DNA from: a virus
Taxonomy: Duplodnaviria > Caudoviricetes
Virus record (IMG/VR): IMGVR_UViG_3300011923_000008
Coordinates: 7,453-71,452 of that record
Strand: one strand, 5' to 3'
Length of the DNA: 64,000 nt
The notes beneath the pieces are model-generated. The model had not been told where the DNA came from, searched no databases, and was given only the letters and a program-made list of their open reading frames with translations. Shown here piece by piece: positions 47,772-57,064 of the stretch (position 1 is the first letter of the stretch; each line of letters opens with the position of its first letter). Both the position numbers and the translations under genes were made by a program.

Positions 47772-47923
47772 GACTGCTCCACAGCCTGCTCGTAGGCGTC
47801 GGCAAAGGCTTCTGCAGCTGCCGTGCCCAGAGGCCAGGGGCATGCTTGTTCGATGGGGGTGCCGGCCGCGCGCGCACGCTGGGCCAAGCTCTGGATGTAT
47901 TCGAGGCTCACGACTTCAGGCAT
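47768..47923 (-). CDS. Hypothetical protein, 51 aa
   Basis: MPEVVSLEYIQSLAQRARAAGTPIEQACPWPLGTAAAEAFADAYEQAVEQS*; AGGAGG SD; not in track. Confidence 0.7.
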   Translation of the reverse strand: MPEVVSLEYIQSLAQRARAAGTPIEQACPWPLGTAAAEAFADAYEQAVEQS

Positions 47924-48449
47924 GGGTGCCTCCTGCGGAATCCGAATCGAGTGGATTGCCCTCGCAGAGCTTGAGCGTCAAAGTAGCGCCATGCCACTTC
48001 TGGTTCGCCCACTCGTTCATCACCTCGTTGACAACCGTGCCCCGGTCCGCGTTCACGCCTTGGAAAGCCTTGCGGTGCTCGGCCGCGGCACTGATCACCT
48101 GGAGGGTGGTCTTTGGCACGCTCGCGCGCACGCATTCGAACTTGTCTTCCGACTGGGGCTCAACGAACTCCAGCGCCTTTGCAGCGATCACCGCGAAAGG
48201 GTTGTCGCCCGCTTTATCGCACTGGATCTGGGCGGCTTCCCATTGGCGCTGCGCCCAGTTGGCCAGCACTTCGTTGATCACGCGGCTGCGGCTGCAGTCG
48301 GCATCGCTGTAGCGCAGGCGGAAGTGCACTTCGGCGTCGATCATGTTCAGGGTGAACTTGTGCATGTTCACGCGCAGCTCCGAACGGTCGAGGTTCGGAT
48401 TTGCTTCTCGGGCGAAGCTGGGCGCTTCGTTGTCTTTGCTCAGTGTCAT
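47916..48449 (-). CDS. Protein with two tandem ribbon-helix-helix-like units (cII position)
   Basis: ELRVNM..RSRVINEVLANWA and CVRASV..RGTVVNEVMNEWA. Confidence 0.7.
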   Translation of the reverse strand: MTLSKDNEAPSFAREANPNLDRSELRVNMHKFTLNMIDAEVHFRLRYSDADCSRSRVINEVLANWAQRQWEAAQIQCDKAGDNPFAVIAAKALEFVEPQSEDKFECVRASVPKTTLQVISAAAEHRKAFQGVNADRGTVVNEVMNEWANQKWHGATLTLKLCEGNPLDSDSAGGTHA

Positions 48450-48608
48450 TTTTGGGTCCTTGTTGTGGTCAAGGTTGCTCAGGGGGTGGGTGATGGCCAG
48501 GTGGATCAGCGGGCTGAGGACTGGCGCGAATGGCTGGCAGCAAAACGGGACCTTGCGAACCGATCGGCGCGGGCAAAATCGCGTCAGGTCAGTCCTGCTG
48601 CGCCGTTC

Positions 48609-48896
48609 TCAATCGGGGGCAGCAATGCCTGCGCTCGCTGCTAAATCAAGTTCTGGGAACCGCGTCTCAGGAACACCGCAGATGGCGCAATGCCGAATTC
48701 CATTGAGGACAAAGCCCACGGATGCAGGAACATAGACGTGGCCAAGAGCCGCGCATTTAGCAACCAGCGCATCCCTTTTGCAGTCGATCTCCTTGGACGC
48801 GGCGGCAATGACCGCTATGCGCTCCTGTGTCAGGGCTTGAAGGGCGTCAACGATCGCTTGACGCTGTTGGGTTTCGGTGCCTGCAGGTTCAAACAT
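48609..48896 (-). CDS. Hypothetical protein with C..H..C..C motif
   Basis: GGAGG SD; overlaps cro stop. Confidence 0.65.
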   Translation of the reverse strand: MFEPAGTETQQRQAIVDALQALTQERIAVIAAASKEIDCKRDALVAKCAALGHVYVPASVGFVLNGIRHCAICGVPETRFPELDLAASAGIAAPD

Positions 48897-49101
48897 GAGG
48901 GACCTCCACAGACGCCCTGGCGCCCAGCACCCCGTCAGGCACAGCAATGCCACTACGGACGCATGCGGCAATCACGCGATCAACCAGCCGTGCTGGAAGC
49001 ACGTCTGGCCACTGCGAAATGGCTTGCGGGTTGATACCAATGGCTTTGGCGGCTACAGCCACAGAGCCACCCAACAATTCAATGGCGTCTGCTTTTTTCA
49101 T
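48889..49101 (-). CDS. cro: Cro-like repressor
   Basis: AIELLGGSVAVAAKAIGINPQAISQWP; divergent from cI. Confidence 0.92.
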   Translation of the reverse strand: MKKADAIELLGGSVAVAAKAIGINPQAISQWPDVLPARLVDRVIAACVRSGIAVPDGVLGARASVEVPHV

Positions 49102-49109
49102 TCCCGAAT

Positions 49110-49172
49110 GTTAGCACGCTTACAATCATGGAAGCAAGCACACTAACCATCAATACAAGTAAGCTCACTTTC
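49110..49172. promoter_or_regulatory. Three 14-bp operators between cro and cI
   Basis: GTTAGCACGCTTAC (49110), GCAAGCACACTAAC (49134), GTAAGCTCACTTTC (49159); 24-25 bp period. Confidence 0.8.
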
Positions 49173-49847
49173 GTGAGCACACTTCAAGAACGAATCGCAG
49201 AAATCATGGCAGCGGCCAATCTGACAGTCGGCCAAATCGCCGAGCTGACAGGGGTGTCGTCGTCTGCTGTTACGCAATGGAAAGATGGTCCGACCAAGAC
49301 CATCAAGGCATCTCCCGCGACAAAGCTTGCCGCCAAGACGGGCTACAGCGCGATCTGGATATCCACCGGTGAAGGCGCCAAGCGTTTGGCACCGCAGCAT
49401 TCGTCAATCTCGTCTGAAGTAGGTGATCGGATCGAACTTCGAGAAATGAGGAAGATACCGGTGGTGGGCGAAGTAAAAGGCGGGGACGACGGATACCTGG
49501 AAGAGCTCGAATATCCGGTGGGACATGGCGAGGGCTTTGTGCTCTACCCGACGAACGACCCGAACGCTTATGCAGTTCGGGTGCGTGGTGATTCGATGCA
49601 TCCAAGATACCGGGCCGGCGAGTTCGTGATCGTCGAACCAAACATAGAACCGCAGGAAGGTGATGACGTGGTGGTGGCGTGCACCAACGGCAAGAAAATG
49701 CTCAAGCAATTGAATTGGCGTAGAGATGGCGAAATCCAGTTGCTATCCATCAACAATGGCTACGGCCCGCTCACTGTGTATGAGCACGAAATTCAAGCGA
49801 TCCAGCTGGTGGCAGGCAGAGCGCGCCGCAATGCTCTGCAGTTCTAA
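49173..49847 (+). CDS. cI: CI repressor, HTH plus S24 peptidase (start may be 49128)
   Basis: LTVGQIAELTGVSSSAVTQW; VKGG cleavage-site region; VRGDSM and KQL catalytic Ser/Lys. Confidence 0.95.
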   Translation: MSTLQERIAEIMAAANLTVGQIAELTGVSSSAVTQWKDGPTKTIKASPATKLAAKTGYSAIWISTGEGAKRLAPQHSSISSEVGDRIELREMRKIPVVGEVKGGDDGYLEELEYPVGHGEGFVLYPTNDPNAYAVRVRGDSMHPRYRAGEFVIVEPNIEPQEGDDVVVACTNGKKMLKQLNWRRDGEIQLLSINNGYGPLTVYEHEIQAIQLVAGRARRNALQF

Positions 49848-49871
49848 TTCGGCCGTTTACCGAGGTGCCAC

Positions 49872-50249
49872 ATGAATGAAAAGGATGTCTGCCTTGCTTC
49901 TCTTCAGCGCCATGTGCCACACACATTTGAAGCGATGCAGCACCTAGTCATGGCCATGGACGACTATGTCAAAAGCATGGGGAAGAAGACCATCTTCGGT
50001 AAGGACAAGGCTCCAGCGGCTTACGAGAAGTACCTTCAACACCTGCAGCGAACATGCCTTGCGCTACAGCGAGACGGGCAAGTCTCCCCCAGTGCAAGCT
50101 CAGAAGAAATCATACTGAAGCTGCAATCAGTCATAGCTCTGTTCAAAAGAGCGTTTCCGAATTGGCCCAATGCCTACATGTACTTTGAGTGGTCAACGAC
50201 GGAAGACAAGAGCAATACTGCTGGGCTGATCACCCTTCTTGTGGGTTGA
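49872..50249 (+). CDS. Hypothetical protein co-oriented with cI
   Basis: GAGGTG SD; 125 aa; followed by terminator. Confidence 0.8.
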   Translation: MNEKDVCLASLQRHVPHTFEAMQHLVMAMDDYVKSMGKKTIFGKDKAPAAYEKYLQHLQRTCLALQRDGQVSPSASSEEIILKLQSVIALFKRAFPNWPNAYMYFEWSTTEDKSNTAGLITLLVG

Positions 50250-50322
50250 GCATCAGCGCTGTTGTGTGACTGACCTATACCGGCTACCTACGCACTGACT
50301 GCGTCCCCTACACCCAAATGCG

Positions 50323-50345
50323 CCGCCGCAAAGGCGGTTTTTTTT
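50323..50345 (+). terminator. Terminator of cI operon
   Basis: CCGCC-GCAAA-GGCGG-T8. Confidence 0.8.
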
Positions 50346-50362
50346 CGCCTACGCCCAGAAAT

Positions 50363-50424
50363 GTTAGCTTACTTAAAAATATTTCGTAAGTATGCTTGAC
50401 TTTGAATGTAAGCACGCTAACAAT
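50363..50424 (+). promoter_or_regulatory. Three operators and early promoter of the recombination operon
   Basis: GTTAGCTTACTTAA (50363), GTAAGTATGCTTGA (50386), GTAAGCACGCTAAC (50408); TTGACT-17-AACAAT. Confidence 0.8.
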
Positions 50425-50962
50425 ACTACTTAACGACACCATACAGCACAACAGTTCTGCAGGTGGCGCCACCGGCCAGATGGTCAACCGGCGTCGAAAG
50501 ATGGGAAGGCAGAAGAAGGCGAATGCCCGCTGCTGAGGAGCCATGAAGGTGCTGCCCCTGCACCGCAGAGGATGGGGCGTTGTTAGGTCTGGTGCCGGGC
50601 GACCGGGAAAAGCTAGACCGAAAACCAAAGCGCTTTCTCAAGAGAGCTTTTTGGTTTGGAAGGGAGAACGTCATGTAGGAAAGATGGCCTGCACGAGCCT
50701 ATCGTGCCCCGGCCTGCAGGGTTAGCAGGACCATCATCGAAGCGGCGGCACCGAAGCAATGGAAACATGCAACGGGGGTGCACCACAGTCAAAACGCGAG
50801 GGGTGATGACCTCGGGAAGGCAATCAGTCCATGCCCAAGACGGTGCGAAAGCGCGGGCGCATGGCTTGCGAGGCACGTCAGACAGTGTCATAGCCGGGAA
50901 TGGCCGTCCGGCCCGCTTCGATGATGGAGATTTTCAGATAGCCACATACAAAGGGTCATCCC

Positions 50963-50995
50963 TTTACATTCAAAATCTACTGTATAGAATCACAG
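50963..50995 (+). promoter_or_regulatory. LexA box overlapping an internal promoter
   Basis: CTGTATAGAATCACAG (50980-50995) fits CTGT-N8-ACAG; TTTACA-16-TAGAAT. Confidence 0.75.
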
Positions 50996-51011
50996 CATTA
51001 AAGGAGATGAT

Positions 51012-51302
51012 ATGCAGTGCATTCCTGGCGACTTGGCTGTCGTCGTCAACGATCATGAGTACCCAGGCAACAACGGTGCCCTGCTCCGCGTTCTGAAAAG
51101 CGCCAAGCCGGAATTTGGCAACACGCCCTACGACTGGCTGTGTGAACCACTGTCCACATTCCGCTTTTCCAAGACCATCAAGCCCGGCATGCCTTGCGTG
51201 ATTCTTTACCGCGATGTGGAGCTCAAGCCGCTGCGAGACGGCGACGGCCAAGATGAAACACTGTCTTGGCTGACCACACCAGAGTCTCTGCAACCAGCCT
51301 GA
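51012..51302 (+). CDS. Hypothetical protein (KOW/SH3-like start PGDLAVVV)
   Basis: AAGGAG SD; 96 aa. Confidence 0.8.
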   Translation: MQCIPGDLAVVVNDHEYPGNNGALLRVLKSAKPEFGNTPYDWLCEPLSTFRFSKTIKPGMPCVILYRDVELKPLRDGDGQDETLSWLTTPESLQPA

Positions 51303-51446
51303 CTTTCAGAACCCTCCCGCCCGATACCCCTCGGGCGTTCGAGCCACCCTCACCGGTGGCTCTTTTTTGTTCCCCTGAGCGCTGCCCTCCAGTCGGCGCC
51401 TTCGCCCGCCTCCACAGCGGGCTTTTTTATTTCAGGAGCTTCCACC

Positions 51447-51896
51447 ATGCCAGGTTATTCCGAAGGCGACGTTTGCGACCGTGACGGTTGCAGCGGCCAA
51501 ATTCAAATTCGGCCAGTCGAGGGTTGCAGTTGCCACATCAGCCCGCCTTGTAGCGCCTGCACCGCGCCGCGAAACTATTGCGACACCTGCGACTGGGAAG
51601 AGGAAGACGAACCAGCACCAGTGGTGAAGCCACAGAGCCAAGAAGAGAAAGACTACTGGGCTGGCTGGCGGAAAGAGCAGGATCGGCTGCGCAATTTGCC
51701 CTTGGACAACACGAAGGTCAGTTGGCGAGACAGGCCGCACTCCAACTGCTCAATGATCAAAGAAGGTGTGTATCCACAGTCGGGAGACGCGGCGGCCGAC
51801 CGAGCCATGGTGCGCAAGGCGGTGGATGGGACTTTTGGTGGCCGCTTCGAATACTTTGGCGATGGCAAGTTCAAGTTCATCGCCTATACCGATTGA
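51447..51896 (+). CDS. Cys-rich Zn-binding protein
   Basis: CDRDGC..CSCH..PCSAC..CDTC; AGGAG SD. Confidence 0.85.
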   Translation: MPGYSEGDVCDRDGCSGQIQIRPVEGCSCHISPPCSACTAPRNYCDTCDWEEEDEPAPVVKPQSQEEKDYWAGWRKEQDRLRNLPLDNTKVSWRDRPHSNCSMIKEGVYPQSGDAAADRAMVRKAVDGTFGGRFEYFGDGKFKFIAYTD

Positions 51897-51906
51897 GGAG
51901 AAGCCC

Positions 51907-52197
51907 ATGAACGACTTGTCCATTCACCGCGCGCTGGCTCGCGGGCAGCGCCGCTGGGACGGCATGGAGCCGGACGACGACGATCCGCCCGTTTCCATGG
52001 CCGTGCACATGGAGTTGGTTGACAAGTTCTTCAAGCTAGAGGAGCAGAAGGCTCGCCTGCTTGAAGAGGCCCGCGACCTGGCTCAAACAGCCAACCGCAC
52101 CCGCTGCTGTATGGGCGACAGGATGCTGCGGCTCTGCGACGAGATCGAGGGCATTACCCCGGACCCAGAGGTATCACAAGAGGAGCCAGAGGCATGA
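51907..52197 (+). CDS. Hypothetical protein, 96 aa
   Basis: GAGGAG SD before ATG 51907. Confidence 0.75.
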   Translation: MNDLSIHRALARGQRRWDGMEPDDDDPPVSMAVHMELVDKFFKLEEQKARLLEEARDLAQTANRTRCCMGDRMLRLCDEIEGITPDPEVSQEEPEA

Positions 52198-52553
52198 AGC
52201 GCATCCCCTTCCCCGCTGATGTCAGCGACACCACACGGCGCTACCCGCGCACTTTGGAACAGGCCTTTGGCCCGTACCAGCGCCAATCTGTGATCGTGCC
52301 CATGGGCTCGGCTGGTAGCGGCCAGGGCTCAATGCCTCTCTCCGCGCTGCTCATCTGCATTGCGGCAGCAGCGCTGGCCCTGCTGAGCGGCTGCACTGGC
52401 GCAGATGCTGGTGAGCAGCCCCAGCCCAAGCACCTGGTCGCCCAGCAAGAGCAGCGCCGGGCCGTCGCAGCGGCGCACCTGTGCGGCCCTGGCAAGGCGG
52501 CCGTCTGGCACGACAGCTTCGAAATGCAATGCACGCGAGAGGTGAACCCTTGA
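52194..52553 (+). CDS. Hypothetical protein with TM/lipobox-like segment
   Basis: ATGA overlap; LLICIAAAALALLSGC. Confidence 0.75.
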   Translation: MKRIPFPADVSDTTRRYPRTLEQAFGPYQRQSVIVPMGSAGSGQGSMPLSALLICIAAAALALLSGCTGADAGEQPQPKHLVAQQEQRRAVAAAHLCGPGKAAVWHDSFEMQCTREVNP

Positions 52554-52645
52554 GAGCCATCCTCCACGCCTTCCTCTGGAGCGCCATCACGGCGCTTTCT
52601 TTTTCTGCAGCTGCCGTGCTTTCGACATCGGCCCGCTTTTTATGA
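52550..52645 (+). CDS. 31-aa hydrophobic peptide
   Basis: TTG start overlapping upstream stop, GAGGTG SD; MRAILHAFLWSAITALSFSAAAVLSTSARFL*. Confidence 0.4.
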   Translation: MRAILHAFLWSAITALSFSAAAVLSTSARFL

Positions 52646-52667
52646 CTTCACCACCACTGAGAACTTC

Positions 52668-52859
52668 ATGAGCATTGCATCACCACACGACATTTATGTG
52701 CGTCATACCGGCAAGGATGGCAAATCCTACTTCTCTGAACATCGAGGCTGGGACGCCGAGCGCTTCATAACCGCACGCCAGGCCGAAGCCGCGAAGGAAG
52801 GCGGTATGGCCTCGGCGGTGCAGATCACTCATCAGCAATTCCTCAAGGAGCGGAAATGA
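52668..52859 (+). CDS. Hypothetical protein, 63 aa
   Basis: ATGA overlap with recombinase gene. Confidence 0.7.
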   Translation: MSIASPHDIYVRHTGKDGKSYFSEHRGWDAERFITARQAEAAKEGGMASAVQITHQQFLKERK

Positions 52860-54082
52860 ACAGCTATCTCACCACCCAACAGGCAGCGCAGCAGGTGCCT
52901 GCAGTCCTGATGGGCTTTGGCTCGCTTGAGTCCTTCGAGTTCCTGCAGCGCAGCGCCAAGGCCTTCACCAACAGCACCATGGTGCCGCCGGCCTATCAGG
53001 CTGTGATCACCAAGGGCTACGGCCAGCGGGCCACCACAGAGCCAAACCCTGCCGCCGTGTCGAACTGCATGATCGCCCTGGACATGGCCCAGCGCCTGCA
53101 GGCCAACCCGCTGATGGTGATGCAGAACTTGCATATCATCGAAGGCAAGCCGAGTTGGTCAAGCCAGTTCATCATCGCGGCGATCAACTCCTGTGGCCGC
53201 TTCTCGCCGCTGCGCTTTGACCTCCAGTGGCTAGACGAGATGGACGCCACCTATTCAACCTTCGAGTGGGTGGACGGGCGCAAGGTCGAGCAGAAGCATG
53301 CGGTGCGGATCCGAAACGCCCGCTGTGTCGCCTGGGCCGTCGAGCGCGGCACCTCGATCCCCCAGTTCAGCTTGGATGACTTGAAGGCCCACGGCAGCAT
53401 CTACCGCTGCTGCAAGCACTACGGCATCCCAATCATCGAATCGCCGCCGGTCACGATGGAGATGGCAGTCAATGAAGGCTGGTATGGCAAGAACGGCAGC
53501 AAGTGGCGCTCCATGCCCGATTTGATGATGCAGTACCGCACCGCTGCATTCTTCGGCCGCATCTACGCACCGGAGCTGCTGATGGGCCTGCCCACCGACG
53601 ACGAGGTGCGCGACGTGTTCGTGCAGGACCAAGACGGTGCGCTCCACCACGAAGGCGCGCGCCGCGTCCCTAAGAGCAGCGGCACCGTGGAAACCGTTCG
53701 CCCGACTTGGACGCAAGAGGACTGGGACAAACAGCTTCCCAACATGCTCAAGGGCATCGCAGGCGGCAAGTCGGTAGAAGAGGCGCTGGCCTGGCTAGAG
53801 GCCAAGGCTGTTGTCAGCCCTGAACAGGAAAAGCAACTGCGCGAGAAGGCCGCCAGCGTACAGCCGCAGCCTGCCTCCACCCTAGTTGATGCAGAGGACA
53901 CACCGGCCGCTGACGCGCCGACGGTCGACCCGGCAAAGCTGGCCGCCGACATGAAGGCCTGCACCGACCTCGACAAGCTCTACGAAATGGGCGCCTTGAT
54001 AGAAGCCGTGGCCGATGAGGTCCAGCGCCGCAACCTGACTGAGACCTTTGATGCCCGCGTGGCAGAACTGGAGCAACCATGA
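52856..54082 (+). CDS. recT: RecT-like single-strand annealing protein
   Basis: LMVMQNLHIIEGKPSWSS, KWRSMPDLMMQYRTAAFFGRIYAPELLMGL; paired with YqaJ exonuclease. Confidence 0.8.
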   Translation: MNSYLTTQQAAQQVPAVLMGFGSLESFEFLQRSAKAFTNSTMVPPAYQAVITKGYGQRATTEPNPAAVSNCMIALDMAQRLQANPLMVMQNLHIIEGKPSWSSQFIIAAINSCGRFSPLRFDLQWLDEMDATYSTFEWVDGRKVEQKHAVRIRNARCVAWAVERGTSIPQFSLDDLKAHGSIYRCCKHYGIPIIESPPVTMEMAVNEGWYGKNGSKWRSMPDLMMQYRTAAFFGRIYAPELLMGLPTDDEVRDVFVQDQDGALHHEGARRVPKSSGTVETVRPTWTQEDWDKQLPNMLKGIAGGKSVEEALAWLEAKAVVSPEQEKQLREKAASVQPQPASTLVDAEDTPAADAPTVDPAKLAADMKACTDLDKLYEMGALIEAVADEVQRRNLTETFDARVAELEQP

Positions 54083-55995
54083 CCTTCAAGATCCTCAACC
54101 TGCAGCAGGGGTCGGATGCTTGGCACGAGCACCGTCGCACGGCGCGCAATGCCAGCGACGCGCCGGCGATGATGGGTGCCAGCACCTACAGGAGCCGCAG
54201 CGAACTGATCCGCCAGATCGCAACGGGCATCACGCCCGAAGTCGATGCAGCCACCCAGCGTCGCTTCGATGACGGCCACCTGTTCGAAGAACTGTGCCGG
54301 CCGCTGGGGGCTGAGATCATCGGTGAAGCCCTGTCGCCCTGCGTCGGCACCGATGGAAAGTACAGCGCCAGTTTCGACGGCCTGACATTCGCCTACGACG
54401 TGGCATTCGAGCACAAGACTTTATCGAAGCGTCTGGCCGACGTCATGCAAGACGGCTGCACCGGCGCAGACCTGCCGCTGGAATACCAAATTCAGATGGA
54501 GCAGCAGGCTATGGTGTCCGGCTGCAGTCGCATCCTGTTCATGGCGAGCCGCTGGAGCCCTGACGAATTCGCCGGCGGCGAGTATGTTCCCGACGACTAC
54601 CGCCACTGCTGGTACACGCCGAATCCCGAACTGCGCGCCAAAATCGTCGCCGGCTGGGAGCAACTAGAGAAGGATGTGGCGGCCTACCAGCCCGCGGCAG
54701 GGCCTGCCCAGCCAGTGACCGAAGCCAAGCTGCGCGATGCGTTGCCAGCACTGCGACTCGATGCGAGAGGCGAGATCACCGCCAGCAACCTGGATGACTT
54801 CAAGGCTATCGCCCTGGCCAAGATCAACAGCATCAACACTGTACTGGAGACGGACCAGCAGTTTGCTGAAGCCGACGACGATGCCAAATGGTTGCGCGGT
54901 GTTGCTGACGCCATGAAGCAGGCTAGCAAGCGAGTGCGAGCCAACATGCAGAGCGTGGATGAAGCGCTGACGGTGCTCGAACAGCTGGACAAGATCGCCT
55001 CGACCAAGGCCAACGATCTGGAAAAGCGCGTGAAGTCCGAGAAAGATGCGCGCAAGCAGACGCTGGTGCTACAGGCCCAGCAGGACCTAGACTTTCACAT
55101 TGCAGCTCTCAATCAGCGCTTGGGAAGCAACTGGCTTCCATACCGCGCAGGCGTGTTCGGTGAAGTGACCAAAGGCCTGAAATCGCTCGACAGCATGCGC
55201 GACAAGCTGGCCGTGGCGCTGACCAATGCCAAGGTGGACGCGAACGCGCTGGCCGACCGGTTTCATGCGAACCGTGATCACCTGGAACGTGAAGACGGCA
55301 GCTGGATGACCCTCTTTCCAGACTTCGCCACCGTCGGCGCCAAGGCTCCCGAAGACTTCCAGGCGTTGGCCGCCATGCGGATTGGCCAGCACCAGGCGGC
55401 AGAAGCCAAGAAGCTGGAGGCTGAGCGCGAGCGCATCCGGGCTGAGGAAGAAGCAAAGGCCAAACGCGAAGCAGACGCCCGAGCAGCTCAAGAAGCGGCC
55501 GAGCGCGACCGGCAACTCGAAGCCGAGCGTGCCCGCATCCGCGCCGAAGAGCAGGCAAAGGCTCAAGCCGATGCAGCAGAAGAGCGCAAGCTCATTCAGG
55601 AGCAAGCCCAGAGCGCAAAGGCTGAGATCGCTCAGGCTGCACAGACCGGGGCACTGGCTAAGCCAGTGGCCAATGATCTTGCCCGCCTGGCCACCAGCAA
55701 CGCTGCAGAGGCAGTGGCCGGGATCGACGCCAAGCAGGTGATCAATGCAGCCCAAACCAGCGCGGCAGCACAGGCGGATGAAAGCGTGATCAGCATCGGC
55801 AAGATCAACACCACCTTGAAGGCTGGCGGCATCGATGTGCTGGTGAATGCCGGCACGCTCGACAGCCTGGGCATCAGCTACCGCAAGGAGCGCAACTCCG
55901 TCCAGATGCCTGAATCCAGCTTCCCACGCCTCTGCCTGGCCTTGGCCATGCGCCTGCAGAAGATGGCCAACGAATACACGCATCAAACCGTGTGA
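54079..55995 (+). CDS. YqaJ-like exonuclease with long coiled coil
   Basis: QGSDAWHEHR..ASDA, ASFDGL, EHK, YQIQMEQQ. Confidence 0.92.
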   Translation: MTFKILNLQQGSDAWHEHRRTARNASDAPAMMGASTYRSRSELIRQIATGITPEVDAATQRRFDDGHLFEELCRPLGAEIIGEALSPCVGTDGKYSASFDGLTFAYDVAFEHKTLSKRLADVMQDGCTGADLPLEYQIQMEQQAMVSGCSRILFMASRWSPDEFAGGEYVPDDYRHCWYTPNPELRAKIVAGWEQLEKDVAAYQPAAGPAQPVTEAKLRDALPALRLDARGEITASNLDDFKAIALAKINSINTVLETDQQFAEADDDAKWLRGVADAMKQASKRVRANMQSVDEALTVLEQLDKIASTKANDLEKRVKSEKDARKQTLVLQAQQDLDFHIAALNQRLGSNWLPYRAGVFGEVTKGLKSLDSMRDKLAVALTNAKVDANALADRFHANRDHLEREDGSWMTLFPDFATVGAKAPEDFQALAAMRIGQHQAAEAKKLEAERERIRAEEEAKAKREADARAAQEAAERDRQLEAERARIRAEEQAKAQADAAEERKLIQEQAQSAKAEIAQAAQTGALAKPVANDLARLATSNAAEAVAGIDAKQVINAAQTSAAAQADESVISIGKINTTLKAGGIDVLVNAGTLDSLGISYRKERNSVQMPESSFPRLCLALAMRLQKMANEYTHQTV

Positions 55996-56076
55996 CCAAG
56001 CCGGTACCAGTGCCGGCCCCTCCCCGCGCAGTCCCACAACAGGCTGCGCTTTTTTCATCCCGACAAGGAAATTACC

Positions 56077-56349
56077 GTGAACAAGTCCGAACTGATCGAA
56101 CACATCGCCGACAACGCCAAGCTCACCAAAGCAGAAGCCGGCCGCGCCCTCCACGCCGTGACAGCGGCCATCACCGACACGCTGCGCAGCGGCCACTCGC
56201 TGCAGATCATGGGTTTTGGCACCTTCGAGGTGGTGCGCCGCGCCGGCCGCCCAGGTCGCAATCCGCGCACAGGCGAATCGGTGCGCATCGAAGAATCCAA
56301 GGCCCCCAAGTTCCGCCCTGGCAAGGAGTTGAAGGCTGCGGTGAACTGA
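56077..56349 (+). CDS. HU family DNA-binding protein
   Basis: MNKSELIEHIA..GFGTFEVVRRAGRPGRNPRTGE..PKFRPGKELKAAVN. Confidence 0.95.
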   Translation: MNKSELIEHIADNAKLTKAEAGRALHAVTAAITDTLRSGHSLQIMGFGTFEVVRRAGRPGRNPRTGESVRIEESKAPKFRPGKELKAAVN

Positions 56350-56418
56350 CCGCCACGAACTGAGCACCAGCCGCCCGCCTCGCGCGGGCATTTTTTCGCC
56401 CACTGAGACCCAAAAAAA

Positions 56419-57039
56419 ATGACCCTTGCACTCGCCTATGACACGGAGACGACTGGTCTTCCTCTGTTCAAAGAACCCAGCGAACACCCCGATCAACCCC
56501 ACATCGTGCAGCTGGGCGCCATCCTGGTTGACCTGAACACCCGGGCCACCATTGCCAGCATGGACGTGATCATCCGCCCAGATGGCTGGACGATTCCTGA
56601 CGAGGTGGCCCAGGTGCACGGCATCACCACCGAGCGTGCGCTTGCCGTCGGCATCCCTGAGCGCACAGCGCTCGAGATGTTCATGACCTTGTGGGATGGC
56701 CGCCTGCTGCTGGGCCACAACGAGAGCTTCGATCGCCGCATCTTGCGCATCGCCCAGCACCGCTTCCCCGCCAGCGTCTGCGATGACCAGCGCGACAACT
56801 GGAAGGCCGCCAACAGCCACTGCACGCAACTGCTGTCCACACCGATCCTGCAGCTGCCGCCCACGGAGAAGATGAAGGCCGCGCGCCGCTTCCACCACAA
56901 GAGCGCCAACCTCCGCGAGGCCTACGAGCACTTCATGGGCAAGCCGCTGGTGGACGCGCACAGCGCGATGGCCGACTGTCGCGCAGCACTCGATGTTTTC
57001 TTCGCCATCCAGGACCTGAAGGCAGCTCAGGCTGCGTGA
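56419..57039 (+). CDS. DEDDh 3'-5' exonuclease
   Basis: YDTETTG, GHNESFD, HSAMAD. Confidence 0.93.
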   Translation: MTLALAYDTETTGLPLFKEPSEHPDQPHIVQLGAILVDLNTRATIASMDVIIRPDGWTIPDEVAQVHGITTERALAVGIPERTALEMFMTLWDGRLLLGHNESFDRRILRIAQHRFPASVCDDQRDNWKAANSHCTQLLSTPILQLPPTEKMKAARRFHHKSANLREAYEHFMGKPLVDAHSAMADCRAALDVFFAIQDLKAAQAA

Positions 57040-57064
57040 AGGCCCTCAACTTCAAAGGAGCACC

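Noticed and set aside
50543-51096. Short ORFs in the early leader (50543, 50656)
   Set aside because: SD too close or absent and non-protein-like sequence; RNA structure explains the region better, though translation is not excluded.
55087-56961. 624-aa minus-strand ORF
   Set aside because: Antisense shadow of the YqaJ, HU and exonuclease genes.
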